Shown here in pieces: positions 49,085 through 57,541 of a stretch of 64,000 nucleotides of DNA. This DNA is from an uncultured bacterium (GTDB taxonomy: Bacteria > Bacillota_I > Bacilli_A > RF39 > UBA660): contig CASFKI010000049.1 in the NCBI GenBank assembly GCA_949295285.1, positions 1,506-65,505 on the forward strand, in the 5' to 3' direction. The translations under genes were made by a program, and so were the position numbers. Positions within the stretch are counted from its first letter, which is position 1. Each line of letters begins with the position of its first letter. The notes below the pieces were generated by a model that was not told the DNA's origin, ran no database searches, and saw only the letters and a program-made list of their open reading frames with translations.

Positions 49085-50029
49085 ATGGTTAAAAGAAGAT
49101 TGAATTATTATAGAATATTTGCATTCGTTTTTATAATTATATTTATTATATTTGGAATAGTTTATATAGTTAAAACTTTAAAATATAGAGAAACTTATGA
49201 ATATAAATTGTTGAATATAGGATATAAAATTGATGAAATAAATAATATTCAAAACAATTTAAAGCCAGATCAAATTGATAAATTATTAACGATTAAATAT
49301 GATGATAATATCGTTAATTTACTTAACGAAAAATATTTTATATTTGATTATTTAGAAAATTATATATCATATAAAAACGAAAATGATGAATTATCTCTTA
49401 ACAATGTTGTTAAAATAATTAATACTAAGACTAATTTAGATTGGTTTGACAATGAATTTAAAACCGATACAACTAAAAATGAATTAATGTTAGTAAATAG
49501 ATATTATGGTTTAAATAAAGATTATGAACCAGAGGATATAGTAGATGTACCAACTCAATACGCATATGATGGAAAAAAAATAAGTAATAGTATATTAAAT
49601 AATATAATTGATTTAATAAGTGCTGGAAAAAAAGTTGGATATACTTTTGTAGTATCTGATGGATATAGATCTTACAAGGAACAAGAGGAAATATATAATA
49701 GTTTTGTTGATAGTTATGGACAAAGTGAAGCTGATGAATTAGTTGCTAAACCAGGACACTCTGAATATCAAACAGGGTTATCATTTGATTTAAAACCATA
49801 TAATAAAGTAATAGAAGATGTTAGTACTAATGAAGAATACCTATGGTTAAAAGATAATGCTTATAAATATGGATTTATTTTTAGATATGATAAAGAACAT
49901 GAAGAAATAACACAGTTTGAACCATCGGCGTGGAGATTAAGGTATGTAGGAGATGCTGCGTCATTAATTTATAGTGAAAATATAAGTTTTGAAGAATATT
50001 ATGCATATTTTGTTGAAAATAATGGATAA
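49085..50029 (+). CDS. Membrane-anchored VanY-type D-alanyl-D-alanine carboxypeptidase (M15B)
   Basis: N-terminal TM. SDGYRSYKEQEEIY, PGHSEYQTGLSFD, EPSAWRLRYVG. Confidence 0.75.
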   Translation: MVKRRLNYYRIFAFVFIIIFIIFGIVYIVKTLKYRETYEYKLLNIGYKIDEINNIQNNLKPDQIDKLLTIKYDDNIVNLLNEKYFIFDYLENYISYKNENDELSLNNVVKIINTKTNLDWFDNEFKTDTTKNELMLVNRYYGLNKDYEPEDIVDVPTQYAYDGKKISNSILNNIIDLISAGKKVGYTFVVSDGYRSYKEQEEIYNSFVDSYGQSEADELVAKPGHSEYQTGLSFDLKPYNKVIEDVSTNEEYLWLKDNAYKYGFIFRYDKEHEEITQFEPSAWRLRYVGDAASLIYSENISFEEYYAYFVENNG

Positions 50030-50120
50030 TATTTAACAAATTTTAAAAAATGACTTGACTATTTTTATATATTTATGGTAGTATTATTTTGCTTGATTGT
50101 TATCAAGTGCCTACCTTAAT

Positions 50121-50197
50121 GGGGAATTAGCTCAGTTGGCTAGAGCATCTGCCTTGCACGCAGGAGGTCGCGGGTTCAAGTCCCACATTCTCCACCA
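50121..50197 (+). tRNA. tRNA-Ala (anticodon UGC), CCA encoded
   Basis: Cloverleaf built by hand. Acceptor GGGGAAT/ATTCTCC with G3:U70, anticodon loop CT-TGC-AC, T-loop TTCAAGT, and a 3' ACCA. There is one C:A mismatch in the T-stem. Confidence 0.9.
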
Positions 50198-50208
50198 TTT
50201 TAAATATT

Positions 50209-50240
50209 AATCAATCAGAAATGATTGATTTTTTGTTTTT
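50209..50240 (+). terminator. Rho-independent terminator after tRNA-Ala
   Basis: aatcaatca / tgattgatt stem with a gaaa loop, then ttttttgttttt. Confidence 0.7.
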
Positions 50241-50290
50241 ATATTTTAAAAAAATATGTTATAATTAATATGTGTTAATAAGGAGTAGAT

Positions 50291-50671
50291 ATGAAAGTAT
50301 ATATTTGCAAAAAATGTGAAAATTTAATAAAAACTGATAATGAGAAAGATGCTTTTTGTTGTGGAGAAGCAATGCAAAATTTAAATGCACAAGAAAAAGA
50401 TGGCCCAGTTGAAAAACATTTACCTATATATAATGTTGAAGAAAATAAAATTAAAGTTAAAGTAGGAGAAGTAGAACATCCTATGACAAATGAGCATTTT
50501 ATTGAATGGATTGCTCTTGAAACAAAAAACAATATTAAAAAAGTTAAATTATCTTATACTGATAGACCATATTGTGAATTTGACATAGATTCATCTGATG
50601 AAGCAGTTGCTATTTATTCAAGTTGTAATTTACATGGAATATGGAAAACTAAAAATATAAGTAATTATTAA
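50291..50671 (+). CDS. dfx: Desulfoferrodoxin-type superoxide reductase (2Fe-SOR)
   Basis: N-terminal desulforedoxin Cys pattern CKKC...CCGE. EKHLP, HPMTNEHFIEWI, and CNLHGIW centre II ligands. Confidence 0.8.
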   Translation: MKVYICKKCENLIKTDNEKDAFCCGEAMQNLNAQEKDGPVEKHLPIYNVEENKIKVKVGEVEHPMTNEHFIEWIALETKNNIKKVKLSYTDRPYCEFDIDSSDEAVAIYSSCNLHGIWKTKNISNY

Positions 50672-50682
50672 GGAGGTATTTT

Positions 50683-51222
50683 ATGGCACAAATACAAAGG
50701 ACTAGAAAAGATATAGTTAAAATGTTATTAAAAAACAAAGAGTTAGAAAATGAAGATGAAGAACAATTAATGGAAATATTATTTAATGAACCAATATCAA
50801 TAGATGTTGATAAATATGTAGCAGAAAGTGAAACTAGAAAAGATAGACTTGCTGATAAATTAACTGAGTTTTGTGGTAGTTGGGGATTTATTATATGGTT
50901 TATTATATTAATCGCAGCATGGATGATCGCTAATATTATTTTAATTAAATTAGATTATACAGCATTTGATCCATATCCATTTATATTATTAAATCTGGCT
51001 TTATCAACTATATCAGCTTTGCAAGCACCTATAATAATGATGAGTCAAAATAGAGCTGCAAAGAAAGATACTTTAAGAGGAAAAAATGATTATAAAACAG
51101 ATTTAAAAAGTGAATTAATATTAGAAGTATTACATGATGAAATTAGAAAAGTAATTTCAAATCAAAATAAAATTATTAGAATATTAAATGAAAATAATGA
51201 TGATGGAGATAAGAAAGAATAA
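50683..51222 (+). CDS. DUF1003-family membrane protein
   Basis: FDPYPFILLNLALSTISALQAPIIMMSQNR..KD and two TM helices. Confidence 0.7.
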   Translation: MAQIQRTRKDIVKMLLKNKELENEDEEQLMEILFNEPISIDVDKYVAESETRKDRLADKLTEFCGSWGFIIWFIILIAAWMIANIILIKLDYTAFDPYPFILLNLALSTISALQAPIIMMSQNRAAKKDTLRGKNDYKTDLKSELILEVLHDEIRKVISNQNKIIRILNENNDDGDKKE

Positions 51223-51225
51223 AAT

Positions 51226-51247
51226 AGAACTTAATTAAGTTCTTTTT
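51226..51247 (+). terminator. Rho-independent terminator
   Basis: agaactt / aagttct stem with an aatt loop, then tttt. Confidence 0.6.
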
Positions 51248-51558
51248 GATTGCTATCCATTAAAAATAATGTATCATAGCAGTTAAAATTAAATTGTATG
51301 TTTTGATATGATATAGGCTGAAAAAATTTTACAATAAAAATTAAACAATATTATCCACATATAGTAATATCATGTTTGCTTTTTAAAAATCATACTAATA
51401 TAGTAATAATTTGCAATACAAAGATAGAATTTAAATAGATTTTAATTTTTAAAAATTATTGGGGATGTTAATTGGCAAATAGTTAATAAATAATAATTAA
51501 AGAAAAAACATTTGAAATTATTTTTATTTTTGATATTATTGTTTTATGTGAGGGTTTT

Positions 51559-52728
51559 ATGAATAGTATAAAGTTTGATTTATATGATGAATTAATTAAG
51601 TTAATATCTTCTGATAAGAATATAGATGAGGTATCTTCAATATTACTTTTTGATAAATCTTTTGTTAAGTCTAGTATTAAACGATTAAAAACAAATATTA
51701 TAAAAGAATTAAAAGAAGAATATTTTTATTTAGTACCAATTATTAATAAAATATTAAATATAAACAAATACTATTATATTAATTACAAATTACTTTATAT
51801 GTTAGATTATCCTGATGAAGAAATATTAAAAAAATTAAATTTGAATGATAAAGCATTTTTAATGTCTTTAAAATCATTATATTTCAGTGTATATATGTAT
51901 GGAAATAAAAATGACAGAAAATATTTAAAAACAATTAAAGATAGAATTAATAAATATAAATATATAGAAAACAAAAAAAATTCTAAAGCAATAATTGCAA
52001 ATCATGATAAAATAGTTGTTAATAATAATGATATTTTATCTACAATTAATAGTGAATATGGAAATATATATTCTTTTGATAAAAGAAAATGTATTATAAT
52101 ATCAGATACTCATTTTGGTAGTTTATTTGAAAATGTGGATTATTTAAAAAAAGTATATGAGTATGCTTCAAAAAATGGCATTGATAGTATTATACATACT
52201 GGTGATTTAATAGAGGGATCTTTTGCTAATTATGAAAGATGTAAAAAAGATTTTAAAGATTATAATGCTCAAGTAGAACATGTTATAAGAAATTATTGTT
52301 ATGATGAGAAAATTAGAAATTATATTCTCCTTGGAAATCACGATTTGTATCCATATTTAGATTATGGTGCGAATGTAAGTGAAATGTTAAAAGAAAGAGA
52401 TGATTTTGAAATATTAGGATATAAAGAAGCATATTTAAAATTATTTTCTGAATATATTACTTTAAAACATAAAGTATCTAAAATTAAGAATGTTACATCA
52501 AATGCACCAACATTTTTAAATTTTATAGGTCATTCTCATCAATATAGATGTACTTATGATAAGAATAATATTTATGTAAGAGTTCCAACTTTATCTGATG
52601 TATATAGTAATAGAAAATATATTATAAATAAAGGATTTTTAGTTAGTGAAATAGATGGAGATAGTATTTCATTAGAGTATATAGATACTCATGGCAAATC
52701 TTTAAAATTAGAAAAAAGAATAAAATGA
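51559..52728 (+). CDS. Metallophosphoesterase (calcineurin-like) with an unrecognised ~170-aa N-terminal domain
   Basis: IIISDTHFG, HTGDLIEG, LLGNHDL and IGHSHQ motifs sit in the C-terminal 220 aa. Confidence 0.65.
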   Translation: MNSIKFDLYDELIKLISSDKNIDEVSSILLFDKSFVKSSIKRLKTNIIKELKEEYFYLVPIINKILNINKYYYINYKLLYMLDYPDEEILKKLNLNDKAFLMSLKSLYFSVYMYGNKNDRKYLKTIKDRINKYKYIENKKNSKAIIANHDKIVVNNNDILSTINSEYGNIYSFDKRKCIIISDTHFGSLFENVDYLKKVYEYASKNGIDSIIHTGDLIEGSFANYERCKKDFKDYNAQVEHVIRNYCYDEKIRNYILLGNHDLYPYLDYGANVSEMLKERDDFEILGYKEAYLKLFSEYITLKHKVSKIKNVTSNAPTFLNFIGHSHQYRCTYDKNNIYVRVPTLSDVYSNRKYIINKGFLVSEIDGDSISLEYIDTHGKSLKLEKRIK

Positions 52729-52736
52729 TGTGCATT

Positions 52737-54413
52737 TTATTCTTTTTCTATATCTAGTATTACTGGAATAATTATTGGTCTTCTTCCAGTTAATTCTATT
52801 ACATAAGAATTTATTTCCAATATAATTCTATTTTTTAAATCTGTTAAATTGAAATTATCTTTTTGTAATTCGTTTAGTGTAATTATATTTGTTTTATCTT
52901 GAATTTTCTTTATTAAATCTTGATTATCATTTACTACTACAAAACCACGGGTAGTTATGTTTGGTTCTATTAATATTTTTCTATTTTTAATATTAACATT
53001 TAATATAACAATTAATACACCATCTGTAGACATTATTTTTCTATCTTTTATTATTGATATTCCTGTTTCGCCAATTCTACTTCCATCAACATAAATATCA
53101 TTAATTGGTATACTTCCTTTTCTATATACATTACCATCTTTCATAGCTAAAATATCTCCATTTTTACTAACGAAAATATTTTCTTCTTTAACATCACACA
53201 ATTTACCAAGTTGTGCATGTGATTGCAACATTCTAAATTCACCATGCATAGGCATAAAATATTTTGGTCTAATTAATCTTAATAATAATTTTAATTCTTC
53301 CATTCTTCCATGACCACTTGTATGAACATTTATATCACTCGCATTAGTATATACCTTAGCACCTTTTAAATACAATTTATTAATAGTACGATTAATAGAC
53401 ATTGCATTACCTGGAATAGGTGAAGATGAGAATATTACTGTATCATTTGGCATAAGAGTTATGTTCTTATCACTTCCATTAGCAATTCTAGATAAAGCCG
53501 CTAATGGTTCTCCTTGACTACCTGTGCATAATAAACATACTTTTGATGGATCCATTTTATTAGCTTCTTCGCTAGAAATAAATATATCTTTATCCTTAAT
53601 ATATCCACATTCAATAGCTATCCCTATATTAGTATTCATACTTCTACCAAAAGTAACAATTTTTCTATCATTTTCTTTACAAGTTTCAACAATATGAGTA
53701 AGCCTGTATATATTACTTGCAAATGTTGCTAATATTATTCTTGATTTTGTATTCTCAGAAAATATTTCTGATAGTGCTTCATCAACAACACTTTCACTAT
53801 TAGAAAAACCTGGTAATAAAGCATTAGTAGAATCACTCATTAGTAAAGTTACACCTTCATTTCCTATCGCCGCTATTTTACCCATATTAGCAACAGGTCC
53901 AATAGGTGTAAAATCAAACTTAAAGTCACCTGTTTCTACAAGAGTTCCATTAATTGTTTTAATAGCCATACCAAAAGAATCAGGAATAGAGTGTGTAGTA
54001 GTAAAGAATTCAATATCAAATTGTTTTGTTTTTATATGTAAATCTTCATTAATAATAACCATTTTAGGTTGATATATATTTCTTTCTTCTAATTTGTTTT
54101 TTATTAATTTGCTTGCGATGTTTGGTGTGTATATCACAGGTATATTAATATTTTGTAATAAAAATGGTATACCACCAATATGATCTTCATGACCGTGCGT
54201 AATTATTAATCCTTTAATTTTATCTTGTTTATCTTTTAATATACTATAATCAGCAAGAACATAATCAATACCCATTAAATCATCTTCGGGAAACATAACT
54301 CCACAATCTATAATAAATATTTCATCTTCATGCATAACTATATACATATTTTTTCCAACTTCACCCAAACCACCAAGAGCGCAGATTAAAGTTTCTCCGT
54401 TTTTACTATTCAT
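52737..54413 (-). CDS. rnj: Ribonuclease J
   Basis: Metallo-beta-lactamase/beta-CASP fold: ITHGHEDHIGG, HTSGHG, 558 aa. Confidence 0.95.
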   Translation of the reverse strand: MNSKNGETLICALGGLGEVGKNMYIVMHEDEIFIIDCGVMFPEDDLMGIDYVLADYSILKDKQDKIKGLIITHGHEDHIGGIPFLLQNINIPVIYTPNIASKLIKNKLEERNIYQPKMVIINEDLHIKTKQFDIEFFTTTHSIPDSFGMAIKTINGTLVETGDFKFDFTPIGPVANMGKIAAIGNEGVTLLMSDSTNALLPGFSNSESVVDEALSEIFSENTKSRIILATFASNIYRLTHIVETCKENDRKIVTFGRSMNTNIGIAIECGYIKDKDIFISSEEANKMDPSKVCLLCTGSQGEPLAALSRIANGSDKNITLMPNDTVIFSSSPIPGNAMSINRTINKLYLKGAKVYTNASDINVHTSGHGRMEELKLLLRLIRPKYFMPMHGEFRMLQSHAQLGKLCDVKEENIFVSKNGDILAMKDGNVYRKGSIPINDIYVDGSRIGETGISIIKDRKIMSTDGVLIVILNVNIKNRKILIEPNITTRGFVVVNDNQDLIKKIQDKTNIITLNELQKDNFNLTDLKNRIILEINSYVIELTGRRPIIIPVILDIEKE

Positions 54414-54550
54414 ATATATTCATTTCCTTTCAAAAAGTAAAATTTGTAAATAGATTATATCAAAAAAAATCATGTTTGTCAAAAATAGTTATATAAGGTA
54501 TAATATTTATATATTGAAATTATTATGAATTTAAAGAAAGGAAAGTAATT

Positions 54551-55579
54551 ATGGGACTTTTTAATAAAATTAAAAATATATTTAGAAATGAAGAAGAAGA
54601 AAAAATTAAATCTTTAAATAACGAAATTAAATTAAGTGAAGAAAAGAAAGAAGAAATAAATGAAACTCAAAAATATGTAGATTGTCTTAGTAAATCAAGA
54701 GATAACTTTGTAAGTAAGTTATCTATATTAGGAATAAAATATACTAAAATAAGTGATGAATTTTATGATGAGCTAGAAGAAATTTTGATAACTGCGGATA
54801 TTGGTGTTAATACAGTAATGGATTTTATCGATAGACTAAAAAAAAGAGTAAGTAAAGAGAATATAACTGATTTTGAATATTTAAAAGAAGTAATTGTAGA
54901 TGAGTTATTTATGATATATGTAGGTGATGATATTTTATCATCTAAACTTAATTTAAAAGAAAATAAATTAAATGTAATTTTATTTGTTGGTGTAAATGGT
55001 GTTGGAAAAACGACAAGTATTGCTAAAATAGCTAAAAAATATAAAAATGAAAATAAAAAAATTATGTTGATAGCAGCAGATACATTTAGGGCTGGTGCAG
55101 TTACTCAATTGAAAGAATGGTCACAAAGAATAGATGTTGGTTTTTTTGGAGATGATAGAAAAGATCCATCAGCAGTCATATATGATGGGTTAAATAAAGC
55201 AAAATTAGAAAATTATGATTTAGTATTAATTGATACGGCTGGGCGTCTTCAAAATAAAACAAATCTTATGAAAGAACTAGAAAAGATGAATAAAGTAATT
55301 GGTGAGATAGTTACTGAAAATCCAGTTGAAACATTACTTGTAATAGATGCTACTACTGGGCAAAATGGTATAAGTCAGGCTAAAAGTTTTAAAGAAATAA
55401 CGAATATTACTGGAATTATATTAACAAAGATAGATGGTTCTGCGAAAGGAGGAATAGTTCTTGCTATAAAAGAACTTGTTAATATACCGGTTAAATTTGT
55501 AGGACTAGGAGAGAAAGAAACAGATCTAATTCCATTTGATATTGAAAAATACATATATGGTCTATTTAAGGAGTTTTAA
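54551..55579 (+). CDS. ftsY: Signal recognition particle receptor FtsY
   Basis: GVNGVGKTTSIAK, DTAGRLQNK, TKIDGSAKGG. Confidence 0.95.
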   Translation: MGLFNKIKNIFRNEEEEKIKSLNNEIKLSEEKKEEINETQKYVDCLSKSRDNFVSKLSILGIKYTKISDEFYDELEEILITADIGVNTVMDFIDRLKKRVSKENITDFEYLKEVIVDELFMIYVGDDILSSKLNLKENKLNVILFVGVNGVGKTTSIAKIAKKYKNENKKIMLIAADTFRAGAVTQLKEWSQRIDVGFFGDDRKDPSAVIYDGLNKAKLENYDLVLIDTAGRLQNKTNLMKELEKMNKVIGEIVTENPVETLLVIDATTGQNGISQAKSFKEITNITGIILTKIDGSAKGGIVLAIKELVNIPVKFVGLGEKETDLIPFDIEKYIYGLFKEF

Positions 55580-55878
55580 TGAAAGATAGAGAATATATAG
55601 AAAATTTATACGAAGTTTATAAAGAATTATTATCAAATAGAGAAAGAGATTATTTTGAAAATTATTATTTTGAAGATTATAATTTACAAGAAATAGCAGA
55701 TAATAATGAGGTTAGTAAGGCATATGTTGGTAAATATATAAATTCTATTGAGGATAAATTGTATAATTATGAAAAAGTATTAAAACTATATGAAAAAACA
55801 ATCAAAATTAAAGATGTAATAAAATATATAGATGATATAGAAACAAGAATTAAAATAGAAGAAATTCTAGATAAATAA
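55579..55878 (+). CDS. ylxM: YlxM (UPF0122) putative DNA-binding protein
   Basis: 99 aa. LLSNRERDYFENYYFEDYNLQEIADNNEVSKAYV is a sigma-70 region 4-like HTH. Start overlaps the ftsY stop (TAATG). Confidence 0.75.
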   Translation: MKDREYIENLYEVYKELLSNRERDYFENYYFEDYNLQEIADNNEVSKAYVGKYINSIEDKLYNYEKVLKLYEKTIKIKDVIKYIDDIETRIKIEEILDK

Positions 55879-55913
55879 TGAAAAATGTTATATAATATGG
55901 TTAAGGTGATTAT

Positions 55914-56291
55914 ATGAAGTGGGGACTTAGAGTAGAATTATTATTTATATTGATATTTATTGTATGTTTAATAATATCTACTATTGGCTTAAATCAATTA
56001 GGTATTTTAGGTAATAAGAATGAGTTTTCTAATAATGGTTATTCTTATTATGAGCTTGAACAGATTGTTTCTTCTGGAGCATTAAAATTTTATGAAGAAA
56101 GATATAGTGCTGGTGAAGATATTATTATAAAAGTAAGCACACTTATTTCAAATGGGTATATACCAAATTTGTATGATGAAAATGGTATGGCTTGTAATGG
56201 GTATGCTAAAATAATAAATTCAAAAGCAAGTATTGCATATATTAAATGTCCATATTACCAGACTAGTGGGTATGATAGTAAAAATGAGTAA
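55914..56291 (+). CDS. Small membrane-anchored ComGC-like protein with a non-canonical N-terminus
   Basis: N-terminal MKWGLRVELLFILIFIVCLIISTIG resembles a degenerate prepilin leader. The globular part carries VSTLISNGYIPNLYDENGMAC. Compare ComGC L-x3-GY-[ILV]-x(n)-C and YTLIEAGYLNPDEGVDC of ORF 24385. Confidence 0.5.
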   Translation: MKWGLRVELLFILIFIVCLIISTIGLNQLGILGNKNEFSNNGYSYYELEQIVSSGALKFYEERYSAGEDIIIKVSTLISNGYIPNLYDENGMACNGYAKIINSKASIAYIKCPYYQTSGYDSKNE

Positions 56292-56598
56292 TAAGTTTTT
56301 AGCATTGTGGGGTTTTATAATAATTGGAATATTATTTAGTATATTATTAATTGGATTTAATGAAAAGGATTTAAAGTATTTTAAGTTAGAACATAATCTT
56401 AAGTTAGCAAGTAGAGCATATATTAAAAATAATAAAATTAATACTAATATTAATGATTCTTATGTAATATTTAGTAGTGATTTAAAAGAAAAAGGGTATA
56501 TTACTAAAGATGAATTAGATGAATATTGTATTGATAAAGTTACATATTATAATGGTATTATCTTTGATAAATATATTGTTTCAAAAAACTGTGAATAA
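56284..56598 (+). CDS. Small membrane-anchored ComGC-like protein (second of pair)
   Basis: ATG 56284 overlaps the previous stop (ATGAGTAA). TM helix FLALWGFIIIGILFSILLIGF. Motif SSDLKEKGYITKDELDEYC. Confidence 0.5.
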   Translation: MSNKFLALWGFIIIGILFSILLIGFNEKDLKYFKLEHNLKLASRAYIKNNKINTNINDSYVIFSSDLKEKGYITKDELDEYCIDKVTYYNGIIFDKYIVSKNCE

Positions 56599-56601
56599 AT
56601 A

Positions 56602-56636
56602 AAGTAATAAATATTGATTTATTTATTACTTTTTTA
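56602..56636 (+). terminator. Rho-independent terminator
   Basis: aagtaataaat / atttattactt 11-bp stem with an 8-nt loop, then ttttt. Confidence 0.6.
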
Positions 56637-56664
56637 GTATAATTAAATTAGAGAGGAGTAAATT

Positions 56665-57450
56665 ATGTTAATTATTTTAATTATTATTTTAGTTGTTATT
56701 TTACTAAAAAGTATTGTGCAAATTGATGAGTTTGAAAGGGGAATAAAGTTTACACAAGGAAGATTTACTGAAATAATGGAACCAGGGTGGAAATTAGTAT
56801 TGCCAATTATTCAGTCTTATAAAAAGGTTGATGTGAGAACTAAAGCAGTAGATGTACCAGAACAAGATGCAATAACTAGAGATAATGTTTCTATTAAAAT
56901 AAATGCAGTTATCTATTATAAAATATTTGATGCAAGTAAAGCAATTTTATCTGTTGAAAATTTCTTTTATGCAGTAAGTCAGTTGGCTCAAACTACAATG
57001 CGAAATGCAGTAGGTTCTGTTTCTTTAGATGAATTATTAGCTGAACGTGAAAAATTATCAGAATCAATTTGTAAAATAATTGATGAAGCAACTGATTCAT
57101 GGGGAATTAAAGTTGAAAATGTTGAATTAAAAGATATTCAATTGCCTGAAGATATGAAAAGAGTAATTGCTAAAGTAGCAGAAGCTGAACGTGAAAAGTT
57201 GGCTGTTATAACTAAAGCTAAAGGAGAAGTAGAAGCATCTAAAAATTTAGCAGAAGCTGCTAAAACTATGGCTAGTACACCAGGTGCATTACATTTAAGA
57301 ACTTTATCTACTATTAACGATGTAAGTAGCGATCAATCTAATACACTAATTTTTTGTATTCCAATTGAAATGATAGATAGTTTTAAAGCAGGAAATGCTC
57401 AAAATGCTGTTAAAGTAATAGATAATATTAAGAATAATAATGGAAAATAA
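56665..57450 (+). CDS. SPFH/band-7 (stomatin-prohibitin) family membrane protein
   Basis: N-terminal TM. ITRDNVSIKINAVIYYKI, LRNAVGSVSLDELL, and an AEAEREK coiled segment. Confidence 0.85.
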   Translation: MLIILIIILVVILLKSIVQIDEFERGIKFTQGRFTEIMEPGWKLVLPIIQSYKKVDVRTKAVDVPEQDAITRDNVSIKINAVIYYKIFDASKAILSVENFFYAVSQLAQTTMRNAVGSVSLDELLAEREKLSESICKIIDEATDSWGIKVENVELKDIQLPEDMKRVIAKVAEAEREKLAVITKAKGEVEASKNLAEAAKTMASTPGALHLRTLSTINDVSSDQSNTLIFCIPIEMIDSFKAGNAQNAVKVIDNIKNNNGK

Positions 57451-57541
57451 TTTAGAAAGCCTTTTTATGTGAAATAAGGCTTTTTAATATGTGTTAATTT
57501 TTAAAAAAATATGATAGAATAATTATGAAAGAAGGGATAAT

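Noticed and set aside
50275-50532. An 85-aa minus-strand ORF opposite the superoxide reductase gene.
   Set aside because: The plus-strand product has complete desulfoferrodoxin metal-ligand motifs. The antisense product has no features.
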